Shown here in pieces: positions 19,970 through 28,682 of a DNA stretch of 64,000 nucleotides. Positions within the stretch are counted from its first letter, which is position 1; every line of letters begins with the position of its first letter. The stretch lies in the sequence record PV245934.1; one strand, 5' to 3'. The notes beneath the pieces were generated by a model that worked only from the letters and a program-made list of their open reading frames with translations, made no database searches and had not been told where the DNA came from. The DNA is from Escherichia phage sutha. Both the position numbers and the translations under genes were made by a program.

Positions 19970-20170
19970 ATGGTACAAAAATTAATGGCACTTGTTAATG
20001 CCATCAAAGGTAATAAAAAACGTATAGCTTTTACTATTTCTGCTATGATAGGAATTTTACTTTGGAATTTTGTTTTATCGCCAGTTGCTCTTGCTCATGG
20101 CGTTAGTATTCCAGTAATTACTCTTGATACATTCGTAGATTTAGCATTTGCTTTAGTTGGGTTAATTTAA
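19970..20170 (+). CDS. hypothetical small hydrophobic protein; the only plus-strand ORF in an intergenic gap
   Basis: 66-aa ORF with consensus SD AAGGAGG 5 nt before ATG; hydrophobic; between divergent gene 56 and convergent gene 61. Confidence 0.4.
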   Translation: MVQKLMALVNAIKGNKKRIAFTISAMIGILLWNFVLSPVALAHGVSIPVITLDTFVDLAFALVGLI

Positions 20171-21195
20171 ATCTTAGCATATTTAGATAGACGCATTTTA
20201 GCCATCAACCCCTGAGCAATATTATTTTTCATATATTCCATAATTTGTTCAGGGGTTGCACCTTCCTTTCTAATCATATCATTAACATCTTTTGATTTCC
20301 AGGGAGATTTGTCCCAAAACATAACCCTTTCTCCTGCATCAACCAATTTAGTCATTCGTTTAATAGTGTCAGGATGACGAGGTTCATTATCTAAAACCCA
20401 TACACGTCTATCTTTAAATGGAACAATTTCTAGGTCTAATTGACCACCTGTAATAGCTATACCATTTTCAATAAAAAGTGAATCTATAGGTCCTTCTAGA
20501 ACATATACATCACCATCTTTGACTCGTTCGACTCCATATATTTTTGTTGCCTCAGGATAAGCTTTGATGGTGATATATTTTTGAGGAGCATCTTTCTTTA
20601 ATGCACGTCCTTGAAAAGACTCAGCTTTTCCATTAGCATTATAAATTGGAATAACAAGACGAGGCTCAGGTATTTCCTTTTTGTATGTTCCTGGTGCTAT
20701 GCTATTAACTAATTTAGGCCATTCGGTTGTAAACCAAAGATATTTCCATTTGTCCTTTGGAATACAACGAGCTTTTACGTATTTTATAATTGGATGGTCT
20801 TCCGCCAGTTTATCTAATCTAATACATGATGGAAGAGATTTAATTATTTTCTTCTCGGGTTGTTTAGGAAGTTCTTTAGGTTTTTCTACTGAACGACTTT
20901 TACCTTTTTCTTTTCTTATTTCAAAGATATACTCACGATATAAATCGGGTTCAAACTCCTTTAAATATATTCCGATTGGTGCATGATAGTTACAGTTATA
21001 ACAATGAATATTTCCTTCATTATTATCACCATAATACCATCCACGGGCTTTATTTTGGTCGGTTTTTGAATCTCCACAAACAGGGCATCTAAACCGCAAT
21101 TTAAAAGTTGAACTATTATTTACTTGTGTGAATTTAGGTAAATGAGCTAATGCACGGTATGCAAACTCATTATCAATCCAAGGTATTGATGACAT
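20167..21195 (-). CDS. 61: DNA primase gp61
   Basis: 342-aa ORF, zinc-binding CPVCGDS...CYNCNYH and Toprim-like core; size equals T4 gp61. Confidence 0.9.
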   Translation of the reverse strand: MSSIPWIDNEFAYRALAHLPKFTQVNNSSTFKLRFRCPVCGDSKTDQNKARGWYYGDNNEGNIHCYNCNYHAPIGIYLKEFEPDLYREYIFEIRKEKGKSRSVEKPKELPKQPEKKIIKSLPSCIRLDKLAEDHPIIKYVKARCIPKDKWKYLWFTTEWPKLVNSIAPGTYKKEIPEPRLVIPIYNANGKAESFQGRALKKDAPQKYITIKAYPEATKIYGVERVKDGDVYVLEGPIDSLFIENGIAITGGQLDLEIVPFKDRRVWVLDNEPRHPDTIKRMTKLVDAGERVMFWDKSPWKSKDVNDMIRKEGATPEQIMEYMKNNIAQGLMAKMRLSKYAKI

Positions 21196-21197
21196 TT

Positions 21198-21362
21198 TTA
21201 CTCTTCTTTTTCTTTAGATTCCTCTTTTTTCTTTTTAGGAATCTGTTCAGGACCTTTATTTACTACAGCGCCTGACGTTGTTCCAGTAGAGATATTTTCA
21301 GGATTACCACCTGAATCTCCAGCGACCATATCTTCTTTAATAAATTCTTTATATGTTTTCAT
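21198..21362 (-). CDS. hypothetical protein 61.1 (54 aa)
   Basis: Hand translation MKTYKEFIKEDMVAGDSGGNPENISTGTTSGAVVNKGPEQIPKKKKEESKEKEE; below ORF-track cutoff. Confidence 0.45.
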   Translation of the reverse strand: MKTYKEFIKEDMVAGDSGGNPENISTGTTSGAVVNKGPEQIPKKKKEESKEKEE

Positions 21363-21363
21363 A

Positions 21364-21990
21364 TTAACCTCTATTCATAAAAGCATTAAAAATTTGATCG
21401 TCAATAGAAACTTTTACTTTAGACTGTTTTTCTGATGGCAATTCATATCCGCATATTACAATTTTGTGATCAATATCAAAATACACAGAAGCAATATGAT
21501 TAATGATGTTTTCAGTAAAGTCTAAATCAACATCAATATCTTTTTGACCACAACCTAAAGGATAAATAATGCGAGTAATTCGATTATCTTTAACAAAGAT
21601 TCCACCGACATACTCTGTGCTGCGTTTAAAGTCTACACGCCGACGAAATGAAAAATATTCAGGCTCTTTATGAGCTCTGCTCATAGGACATAACGAGTAA
21701 CTAGAATAAGAGATGTCAAATCCTACGCCTTCAATATGAGCCAAATTATCATGATTAAACCAATTATAATCGTACGCCAAGTCCATTAGATTATAATATG
21801 TAAAAGGCACCGGATTAACGTCATTAGTCACAAGCATGTAATTAGCAACTGCTATAATTTCATTGTTTTTAACGAATACAAACCGTGATTGATGCGAATG
21901 ACCTGGACCCGCGTTTTCACGATTAATGATATAACACTGGGCACCTTTATATTTGTATGTATCTTTGCACTTGTGCATTTGATAGAGCAT
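21364..21990 (-). CDS. 61.2-position protein (T4-family 61.2 is the anti-DarT factor AdfA; assignment here positional)
   Basis: 208-aa ORF between 61.1 and sp. Confidence 0.45.
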   Translation of the reverse strand: MLYQMHKCKDTYKYKGAQCYIINRENAGPGHSHQSRFVFVKNNEIIAVANYMLVTNDVNPVPFTYYNLMDLAYDYNWFNHDNLAHIEGVGFDISYSSYSLCPMSRAHKEPEYFSFRRRVDFKRSTEYVGGIFVKDNRITRIIYPLGCGQKDIDVDLDFTENIINHIASVYFDIDHKIVICGYELPSEKQSKVKVSIDDQIFNAFMNRG

Positions 21991-22283
21991 TATTCACCTA
22001 CCACTTCAGCGATGATATTTTTATTATTGAAGTTTTTATCACAATACAGAACGTAATTATACTGCATTACACCACCAGACTTAAGCTGTTTTTGTACTTC
22101 AGCTTTCATTTCAGGGCGATCACGCTCAACGATATTCATAATATCTGCTTCAATCTGAGTTTCAACCTCAGTCTGATCTGCGGTCATAGACCATTCACAC
22201 AAATCTTTATCATAACCTGCCATAGCAGGCTGAGCAGCACAAGAAGCCAAAGCAAAAATTGCAGCAAAAACAAATTTTTTCAT
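21990..22283 (-). CDS. sp: Spackle (Sp) periplasmic protein
   Basis: 97-aa ORF with signal peptide MKKFVFAAIFALASCAAQPAMA; size and position as T4 sp (61.3). Confidence 0.7.
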   Translation of the reverse strand: MKKFVFAAIFALASCAAQPAMAGYDKDLCEWSMTADQTEVETQIEADIMNIVERDRPEMKAEVQKQLKSGGVMQYNYVLYCDKNFNNKNIIAEVVGE

Positions 22284-22304
22284 GATAATCTCCTCAGTAG
22301 TTTA

Positions 22305-22342
22305 TGTTTATATAGTATCTCAATTTTCAACAAAAGTAAACA
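22305..22342 (-). promoter_or_regulatory. early promoter upstream of sp
   Basis: -35 gtttac at 22336-22341 (RC), -10 region atactatataaac. Confidence 0.5.
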
Positions 22343-22343
22343 C

Positions 22344-22601
22344 TTATTTTAAAACTTCTGCATAATCACATGTTACAAACTGTTTCTCTAACTTGACGAT
22401 TTTACGAAAGTATCTTTTGCATTGACGAATCTGTCGCTTCGTAGGGCGCACAGCAAACTTAATAAATTCCACTCGACCAAATGGAGGACTTTCTTCTGCT
22501 GGAATATCTAACACCAATTCCCACGTATCTGCAACAAGTGCTTTGAATTGAGTATTTTTCCTGACATTATACGGGGTAGGTTTAAATAAAACAATATGCA
22601 T
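22344..22601 (-). CDS. hypothetical protein 61.4
   Basis: ORF 22344..22643 trimmed to ATG 22599-22601 (SD GAGGA) just after dmd stop. Confidence 0.4.
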   Translation of the reverse strand: MHIVLFKPTPYNVRKNTQFKALVADTWELVLDIPAEESPPFGRVEFIKFAVRPTKRQIRQCKRYFRKIVKLEKQFVTCDYAEVLK

Positions 22602-22602
22602 A

Positions 22603-22785
22603 TTATCCTCGACAATCAACTTCACATACTTTCTTGTCATCAATGAAAGCTTTAACTAATGCTTTATTAACTTCAGCATATTGAGTAGTAGCCCATTGAA
22701 CGTCATCTTTCATCATTGTGATTTCTTTAGTAAACATGCTTTCATTCTTAAACCACCCCATAAAAACTACCTTTACTAATTCCAT
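22603..22785 (-). CDS. dmd: Dmd, antitoxin against host RnlA/LsoA
   Basis: 60-aa ORF at 61.5 position directly downstream of gene 41; size equals T4 Dmd. Confidence 0.75.
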   Translation of the reverse strand: MELVKVVFMGWFKNESMFTKEITMMKDDVQWATTQYAEVNKALVKAFIDDKKVCEVDCRG

Positions 22786-22811
22786 AAAAATCTCCTCATT
22801 TAACCAACAAG

Positions 22812-22845
22812 ACTACTATACCATAGTCTTGTCAGCTTGTAAACT
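22812..22845 (-). promoter_or_regulatory. early promoter upstream of dmd
   Basis: minus-strand reading gtttacaagctgacaagactatggtatagta. Confidence 0.5.
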
Positions 22846-24271
22846 AAAATTTTAATTCATTTGCCAAAGCATCTAACTGAGCTCGAGCCGATTCATTTCT
22901 TTGATAGCGGTTCTGTTCAGCCTGAATCTGCTGTGAACCTGCTACTTCGTTCACTTCAGTTGGAGTAGAATCTTGTTCAATTTCTACCCATTTCTGATTT
23001 CCTTTTTGAACACCCATCAAAAACTTATTCCATTTATTCTTATCACCATATCGTGATTTGATTTGCTTAATGAGTTGTTGTTCAGCAGCTGCTAACTCCT
23101 CGGTTTCAATGACCGCAAGCATAAAATCGGCTGTTGCTGGAAGACCGGCGGATTCTGCAATATCGCTCATGTTAACATCAGAAGAATCCCAAGCTTGCTT
23201 ACCAACCTGCGCTGCAGTCCAAAGAACAGTTTCGGTTTCAACAGCCAGAGCACGCAATTCTTCTGCGATGGCTTTAACAGTTGTGTAACTATTTTCTGAA
23301 TAAACTCTGATGCGACAAGATTTACAAATACCCAAATAGTCAACAATAATGATTGTTGGAACAAAATTCTTCTTGAGCTTTAATTCGTTTAAAAGCGATC
23401 GAAATGTATTAGCGTCTGCTCCACCAGTAGGATACTGTTTAACGATTAAACGTCCAAGGGTAGATTTCTCACGCCATTTTTCCATTTTTCCTTTATATTC
23501 AGCGTAAGAAATATGCCCATCATCAATGTCATCAAGAGAAACATCGAGCATATTAGCGTCAATACGCTTAGCACAGACTTCTTCTGCCATTTCCATGGAA
23601 ATGTAAAGAACATTATGTCCAAGCTGTAAATAATCTGCTGCCAATGAACACAGACCTAATGACTTACCGACGTTAACACCAGCCATTAAAACGTTCAGTG
23701 TTCCAGTCTCAGCTCCGCCTTTAGTAATTTTGTTTAGAATTTTGAGTTTAAATGGAACCTTACGAGCTTTATTCATATAAGATAGCCAACGTGCTTCGTA
23801 GTCATCCATCCAATCATGACCAACGTAGCTATCAAATGAAATTGATAATGCTTGACGCATGATGTCAGGAATAGCACCTACATCTGGCATTTTCTTATTT
23901 CGTTTTTCCGGAGGAAGCTCAGCATTAGTTTGAATTTCAATTATTTTAGACGTAGCATTAAACATCGCCCTTTGCTGAACATATTTTTCTGTTTCTTTTA
24001 CTAACCAGCTGTGGTCTTCTGGCGAATCGGCCAGTTTTGAAATAAGTGTTTTTACACCAGAATATTCTGTTTCAGTAAATGAACTATTTTCTAATGCAAC
24101 ATTTAACGCATTAATAGATGGAACGCTATGGTACTCATTGACATGAGATTTAATTAATTTGAATGTATTTTTAGCTGGACCACTTTCAAAATATTCTGAA
24201 TCCATATATGGCCAAACTTTTGAAAAATAAGCTTGATCAAATATGAGATGAGAAAGAATAATTTCTACCAC
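22844..24271 (-). CDS. 41: replicative DNA helicase gp41 (DnaB-like)
   Basis: 475-aa ORF, Walker A GVNVGKS; size equals T4 gp41. Confidence 0.9.
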   Translation of the reverse strand: MVEIILSHLIFDQAYFSKVWPYMDSEYFESGPAKNTFKLIKSHVNEYHSVPSINALNVALENSSFTETEYSGVKTLISKLADSPEDHSWLVKETEKYVQQRAMFNATSKIIEIQTNAELPPEKRNKKMPDVGAIPDIMRQALSISFDSYVGHDWMDDYEARWLSYMNKARKVPFKLKILNKITKGGAETGTLNVLMAGVNVGKSLGLCSLAADYLQLGHNVLYISMEMAEEVCAKRIDANMLDVSLDDIDDGHISYAEYKGKMEKWREKSTLGRLIVKQYPTGGADANTFRSLLNELKLKKNFVPTIIIVDYLGICKSCRIRVYSENSYTTVKAIAEELRALAVETETVLWTAAQVGKQAWDSSDVNMSDIAESAGLPATADFMLAVIETEELAAAEQQLIKQIKSRYGDKNKWNKFLMGVQKGNQKWVEIEQDSTPTEVNEVAGSQQIQAEQNRYQRNESARAQLDALANELKF

Positions 24272-24280
24272 ACTTACTCC

Positions 24281-24625
24281 TTAAAAGAATTTAAATTTTT
24301 TCTTTGACCTTTTATTAAATGCATCTTGTAGTTGCATTGTAATACATTTTTCTACATGAGGAGCTAACTCAGCTTTTCTTTCTTGGTCAAGAACAGCAAA
24401 GTCCATTACGACTTTTCCATCAACCCAATCTAATTTTGTCACATACACAATGTGTGTAGAACCGTCTTCTAGTTTAATGACAATCTCCTGGATAACATTT
24501 TCCATAGCAGATTTAATTATCTTAAGAGATTCATTAAAAAGACGTTCTTTTCTTTCTTCTTCCCCCTCCGAAGAGGGGGATTCATCGATAATTTCTAGAT
24601 CTAAATCTAAATCATCTTTATTCAT
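24281..24625 (-). CDS. 40: gp40-like protein
   Basis: ORF 24281..24643 starts at GTG in track; ATG at 24623-24625 (MNKDDLDLDLEIID...) more plausible. Confidence 0.5.
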   Translation of the reverse strand: MNKDDLDLDLEIIDESPSSEGEEERKERLFNESLKIIKSAMENVIQEIVIKLEDGSTHIVYVTKLDWVDGKVVMDFAVLDQERKAELAPHVEKCITMQLQDAFNKRSKKKFKFF

Positions 24626-24687
24626 TAAATTCTTCCATATCACTTAACTGATCTAGGTCAGTTTCTAAATCAGCTGCTGATTTACTT

Positions 24688-25800
24688 TTACTTTCTGGAG
24701 ATTTTAAATTTTTCAACCTTTGAGTTAATCAATTCATCAACTTCAGCTTCAACAATTTCATTACTATCAATAGCACCTAACTGATAAGCACGTTTAATAG
24801 CATCTCGGAATGGTTGATGCTTAAATAAAGGACCCCAGAATGTAGTGCAATTGGTATCTTTTGCACGCCAAGATTTTTCTTCGCGAATCATCTCACCGGT
24901 TTCTTCATCAAGAAATTCACGAGCATACCAACCATTTTTAGGTTTTACTACAAATCCTAATTCAAGAGCCATATCTAACAATCCAGAATAAGGATCGATA
25001 CCACCGTCAAATTTAACATCAATAAAGAATTTACTTTTTTCTTTGACGGTACGAGATTTTTCTACATTTAGAACAAATTGATACCCCTGAAGATCAGAAC
25101 CATCTTTAATCTGGCGCTTACCGATAATGAATACAGTATCAGCCGAATACATTACGCCTGTACCACCTGTCATCACGGTTTTACTAAACATTTCAATTGT
25201 TTCAATTGTATGGTTAACCGCAACACATGGAATGTTTTTAATACTAAAATAAGGAGTAACAATACGGAATAATGACTTCAGTGATTTAGCACGAGTCATA
25301 TCTGCCACAGATTTTTCATTCAAGGCATCTTCCGTTTCTTTCTTAGAAGCCATATTACCAATTGAGTCGATGAATACAATAACCTTTTCACCACGCTCAA
25401 TAGCTTCAAGCTGATTCACCATATCAATTTTCAGCTGTTCAACTGACTGAATTGGCGTATGAATTACTCGTTCCGGGTCAACCCCCATGGATCGCAAATA
25501 AGCTGGAGTAATACCAAATTCGCTATCATAGAATAGACAAACTGCATCAGGATATTTGTTCAAATATGCCGCAACCATAGTCAAAGACATATTTGATTTA
25601 AAGTGTTTAGAAGGCCCTGCGAAAATAGTTAAACCAGACTGCATACCGCCATTAATCGCACCAGAAATAGCAATATTAAGCATTGGAATTTTTGTACGAA
25701 TTACATCCTTTTCATTAAAGAATTTAGATGTAGTCAGTTCAGCAGTCATTTTAGAAGTGGAAGCTTTAATCAAACGGGATTTTAAATCTGCAATAGACAT
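24688..25800 (-). CDS. uvsX: UvsX recombinase (RecA family), C-terminally truncated by apparent frameshift
   Basis: 370-aa ORF with RecA-like core; ends ...KFKISRK*; +1 frame continues 27 codons to stop at 24618-24620. Confidence 0.9.
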   Translation of the reverse strand: MSIADLKSRLIKASTSKMTAELTTSKFFNEKDVIRTKIPMLNIAISGAINGGMQSGLTIFAGPSKHFKSNMSLTMVAAYLNKYPDAVCLFYDSEFGITPAYLRSMGVDPERVIHTPIQSVEQLKIDMVNQLEAIERGEKVIVFIDSIGNMASKKETEDALNEKSVADMTRAKSLKSLFRIVTPYFSIKNIPCVAVNHTIETIEMFSKTVMTGGTGVMYSADTVFIIGKRQIKDGSDLQGYQFVLNVEKSRTVKEKSKFFIDVKFDGGIDPYSGLLDMALELGFVVKPKNGWYAREFLDEETGEMIREEKSWRAKDTNCTTFWGPLFKHQPFRDAIKRAYQLGAIDSNEIVEAEVDELINSKVEKFKISRK

Positions 25801-25878
25801 TCATTTTTTTCCATAGGCATCATTATATTTTCCTCACTGGTTAAAGATAGAGTAATTATAACACAATAAATTTAGGCA

Positions 25879-26727
25879 TTAATCAACTGCTATTGGATGA
25901 ATAGCATTAAACTTATGAAATGCTTCTGATTTTTCTTTACGCGAAACACACATGCGAAGAACCTTTAGTGGTTCATCTTCTTCACCCAACGATTTTCGTT
26001 TTTCAATATTCGATGTTTTCCAACGAGCTTGCTCTGGAAACTCTCTATTGATTTGTTCAAGCGCTCTATTATGTTTAGAATTACTACGAATTGAACTACA
26101 CCCGCCAGGAGCTTGTGCTTTTCCAGATACAACTAGATATTTGAACAAGGCCAAATGCGGATAACCTTGATTAATTAAATTGAGAAATGCATACATATCT
26201 TCGCATAAATCAATTTTTCCATACCCAATTTGTTCTGTAGTAAGTTTTCCAAGGTCATACCATGTATTCGTGAATCCATATGAGTTTTCACGATAATTAC
26301 CCCAAGATGAAGTAATTTTAAAAATTGGTAGACGAGCATGGCCATGATAATACCCGCAATCCATGGCATCCTCAACGTATTGAATCAATTCATAGAACTG
26401 TTCACGAGTTAATTGATTAATTTTATCTACACATCGGCGATCATCTCTTTTTCGCATTGAACTCATACGAATAGTAGTATCATCGTCAATCATCCAGATT
26501 CGTTGACCTGCATACATATCAGTAATTGCTTTACGAGTACCGGCAATTCCATTAACATCATCAGGAATAGTTACAATTTTAGCTTTAGACCCGTAAGCGT
26601 CATAATAAGCTTTTTCTTCATGTTCACGTACTACAATATGGGGTTCATAATCAGTCGGAAACATATCAAGGGCAGAAACTGCCCCTACGCGTTGATAACT
26701 TGGAATTACGAATTGAATCATTTCCAC
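25879..26727 (-). CDS. putative GT-A fold glycosyltransferase at the beta-gt locus (candidate beta-alpha-glucosyltransferase as in T2/T6)
   Basis: 282-aa ORF with IWMIDDDTT (DxD-type) motif; occupies slot between uvsX and 42 but does not resemble T4 beta-gt as I recall it. Confidence 0.45.
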   Translation of the reverse strand: MEMIQFVIPSYQRVGAVSALDMFPTDYEPHIVVREHEEKAYYDAYGSKAKIVTIPDDVNGIAGTRKAITDMYAGQRIWMIDDDTTIRMSSMRKRDDRRCVDKINQLTREQFYELIQYVEDAMDCGYYHGHARLPIFKITSSWGNYRENSYGFTNTWYDLGKLTTEQIGYGKIDLCEDMYAFLNLINQGYPHLALFKYLVVSGKAQAPGGCSSIRSNSKHNRALEQINREFPEQARWKTSNIEKRKSLGEEDEPLKVLRMCVSRKEKSEAFHKFNAIHPIAVD

Positions 26728-27458
26728 TCACCATTATAATCTTTTTTCGCAATATGAGTTTCGCCAGTTTTCCACCAATGGTCAACCAAATAAAAATGAC
26801 GGGAATACACATGAAGACTTCCGACATTCCATATAATGGAACCTGCTTTATACTGACGAGTTGAATCGCCTGCATTCAAATCAGATACTAATTTATCTAA
26901 TACGTATTTTTGCCATGCATAATCATTACGGAATCCGAAGACCACGTCATTTGAGCGCATGCTTACTACTGCATTGACTTTCTTATCACGAATCAGGTAC
27001 TGTACTGTATTCGTACACATGAAATCTGACATACCATTTTTATTGTAGTCAAATTGCATGGATGGACGAGTATAAATCATGATACCACGTCGAGAATCAG
27101 GATTTTGACCAAGTTCAGCTAAACACATGTCATATTGAGCATAGTTATCTTCTGACCAGATAGCCCAACCATAATTCGAGTTAATTTCACCTTTAGAAGA
27201 TGCTACCTGCTGCCAAATCTTTGGTGTTTCACCTGGAATATCTTTAACAAACAGACTTTGAGACTTGTACCATTCAAGTTCACGCTGAATGTATTCATCA
27301 TTAAGAGCGCCAAAAATAAACGGTTCATCTGCTACAAATGATGCGCCAATAATTTCAATAGTTTTAACACCAGTTTTATCAACTACGAAATCTTTTTCTT
27401 TTAATGCAAGCCCCAAATGAAGACGGATTTCTTCAACTGTCAAAGAGTCACTAATCAT
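26718..27458 (-). CDS. 42: dCMP hydroxymethylase gp42
   Basis: 246-aa ORF, thymidylate-synthase-like fold; size equals T4 gp42. Confidence 0.9.
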   Translation of the reverse strand: MISDSLTVEEIRLHLGLALKEKDFVVDKTGVKTIEIIGASFVADEPFIFGALNDEYIQRELEWYKSQSLFVKDIPGETPKIWQQVASSKGEINSNYGWAIWSEDNYAQYDMCLAELGQNPDSRRGIMIYTRPSMQFDYNKNGMSDFMCTNTVQYLIRDKKVNAVVSMRSNDVVFGFRNDYAWQKYVLDKLVSDLNAGDSTRQYKAGSIIWNVGSLHVYSRHFYLVDHWWKTGETHIAKKDYNGEWK

Positions 27459-27611
27459 TTAAACCTCAATTGATACATTCATATTTAACTTGTAACAGTA
27501 ATAAACCCCAACCTAAAATAATAGTTGGAATCATAAGAGGAACCGTTACACTATAGTATATACTTATTATAACCATCAAGATTAAAAGCAATGCTGTTAT
27601 AATTTTGCTTT

Positions 27612-27863
27612 TCATTCCTTCTCTCTGATGATAATTACCTGATTTGGCTGCGCAGACTTTTTAGTTTCACCTGCAATTGACCAAATAAATGTAATAAACC
27701 AACCAATAATTGACCAGTTAAACAGTAAAGATGTGAAAAAGATTCCTACTGTCGATTTTGACCCACGCATCAAGGCGATAAACCATGGAAGCATGTATAT
27801 AATAATAGCCAACACGCCTGAAACTAAAACCATAAAAATTGAACCTGCTACTAAAGTTTCCAT
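27612..27863 (-). CDS. imm: immunity (superinfection exclusion) membrane protein Imm
   Basis: 83-aa ORF with two hydrophobic segments; size and position as T4 imm. Confidence 0.7.
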   Translation of the reverse strand: METLVAGSIFMVLVSGVLAIIIYMLPWFIALMRGSKSTVGIFFTSLLFNWSIIGWFITFIWSIAGETKKSAQPNQVIIIREKE

Positions 27864-27870
27864 GTTTTCC

Positions 27871-28251
27871 TCACTTAGTCAAATTTTTTACACATGAATT
27901 ATAAGAATTCACTACATACTCCATCGGAGCGTTTTTACCAGTACGCCATTGGTAATTATTAGCCCAATTAGCCCAAAGCTCGGCGCAGTAGTTTTCAATT
28001 TTTTCTTCGTGTGTAATTACATCCGAATTACGATATGCTTGAGCAGATTCATCTGGACGAATAGCTTCGTCAAAATTCGCCTGCATTTGTTCTACTGTCT
28101 GTTTTGGAGCTTCTTTATAGCACTTGACATTAGGATTATAAAATTTGCTTGAACAGTTTACAATTTTTCCTACATCAGACTGATTTACTACCGGTCCTTG
28201 AGCTACACAACCAGTAAGACCTAATGCAATAACCAAAATAGCGATTTTCAT
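27871..28251 (-). CDS. putative lipoprotein (imm.1 position)
   Basis: 126-aa ORF with lipobox LTGC. Confidence 0.45.
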   Translation of the reverse strand: MKIAILVIALGLTGCVAQGPVVNQSDVGKIVNCSSKFYNPNVKCYKEAPKQTVEQMQANFDEAIRPDESAQAYRNSDVITHEEKIENYCAELWANWANNYQWRTGKNAPMEYVVNSYNSCVKNLTK

Positions 28252-28261
28252 AATAATTTCC

Positions 28262-28498
28262 TCAAATACAAGTAGTAATTACTCCAGTAGTGCTTACACA
28301 GATATTACCTAATTGAACACCCAGCGTTCCATTAGTATTCATATGAAGATTATCATCAATTTTTGTTGATACTTTACCATTCATGTGAATAACAGTATTA
28401 GATTCAATCACATTCTGAGTATCATTTTCAATATCAATAAATGGAACAGCTGCTAATGCAACTAAACACACTGCTAAGCAACCATAAACAATTTTCAT
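28262..28498 (-). CDS. hypothetical secreted protein
   Basis: ORF 28262..28510 trimmed to ATG 28496-28498 behind TTGGAGAATAAA leader; signal-peptide-like N-terminus. Confidence 0.4.
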   Translation of the reverse strand: MKIVYGCLAVCLVALAAVPFIDIENDTQNVIESNTVIHMNGKVSTKIDDNLHMNTNGTLGVQLGNICVSTTGVITTCI

Positions 28499-28514
28499 TT
28501 TATTCTCCAAATCC

Positions 28515-28566
28515 GTATCAGTAGTTGATAGTTGTATAGTACCATAGAAGAACAGGGATGTAAACA
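28515..28566 (-). promoter_or_regulatory. early promoter cassette (repeat copy)
   Basis: + strand cagtagttgatagttgtatagtaccatagaagaacagggatgtaaac. Confidence 0.55.
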
Positions 28567-28652
28567 GTTTTGTGAAAAAATTTTTAGGGAATCCAAAGGG
28601 TCCAGAATCATCTCTTTTTCATAAGTATAGATTTATATTACTTGTATGAAAA

Positions 28653-28670
28653 AGGGACCTGGAGGTCCCT
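28653..28670 (-). terminator. GC-rich stem-loop after gene 43
   Basis: + strand agggacctggaggtccct. Confidence 0.5.
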
Positions 28671-28682
28671 AGATTTATTCTA

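Noticed and set aside
19380-19991. N-terminal 31-codon hydrophobic extension of gene 56 in the ORF track
   Set aside because: Internal ATG at 19898 with AAGGA SD gives a dCTPase of T4 size; the extension overlaps the intergenic plus-strand ORF region.
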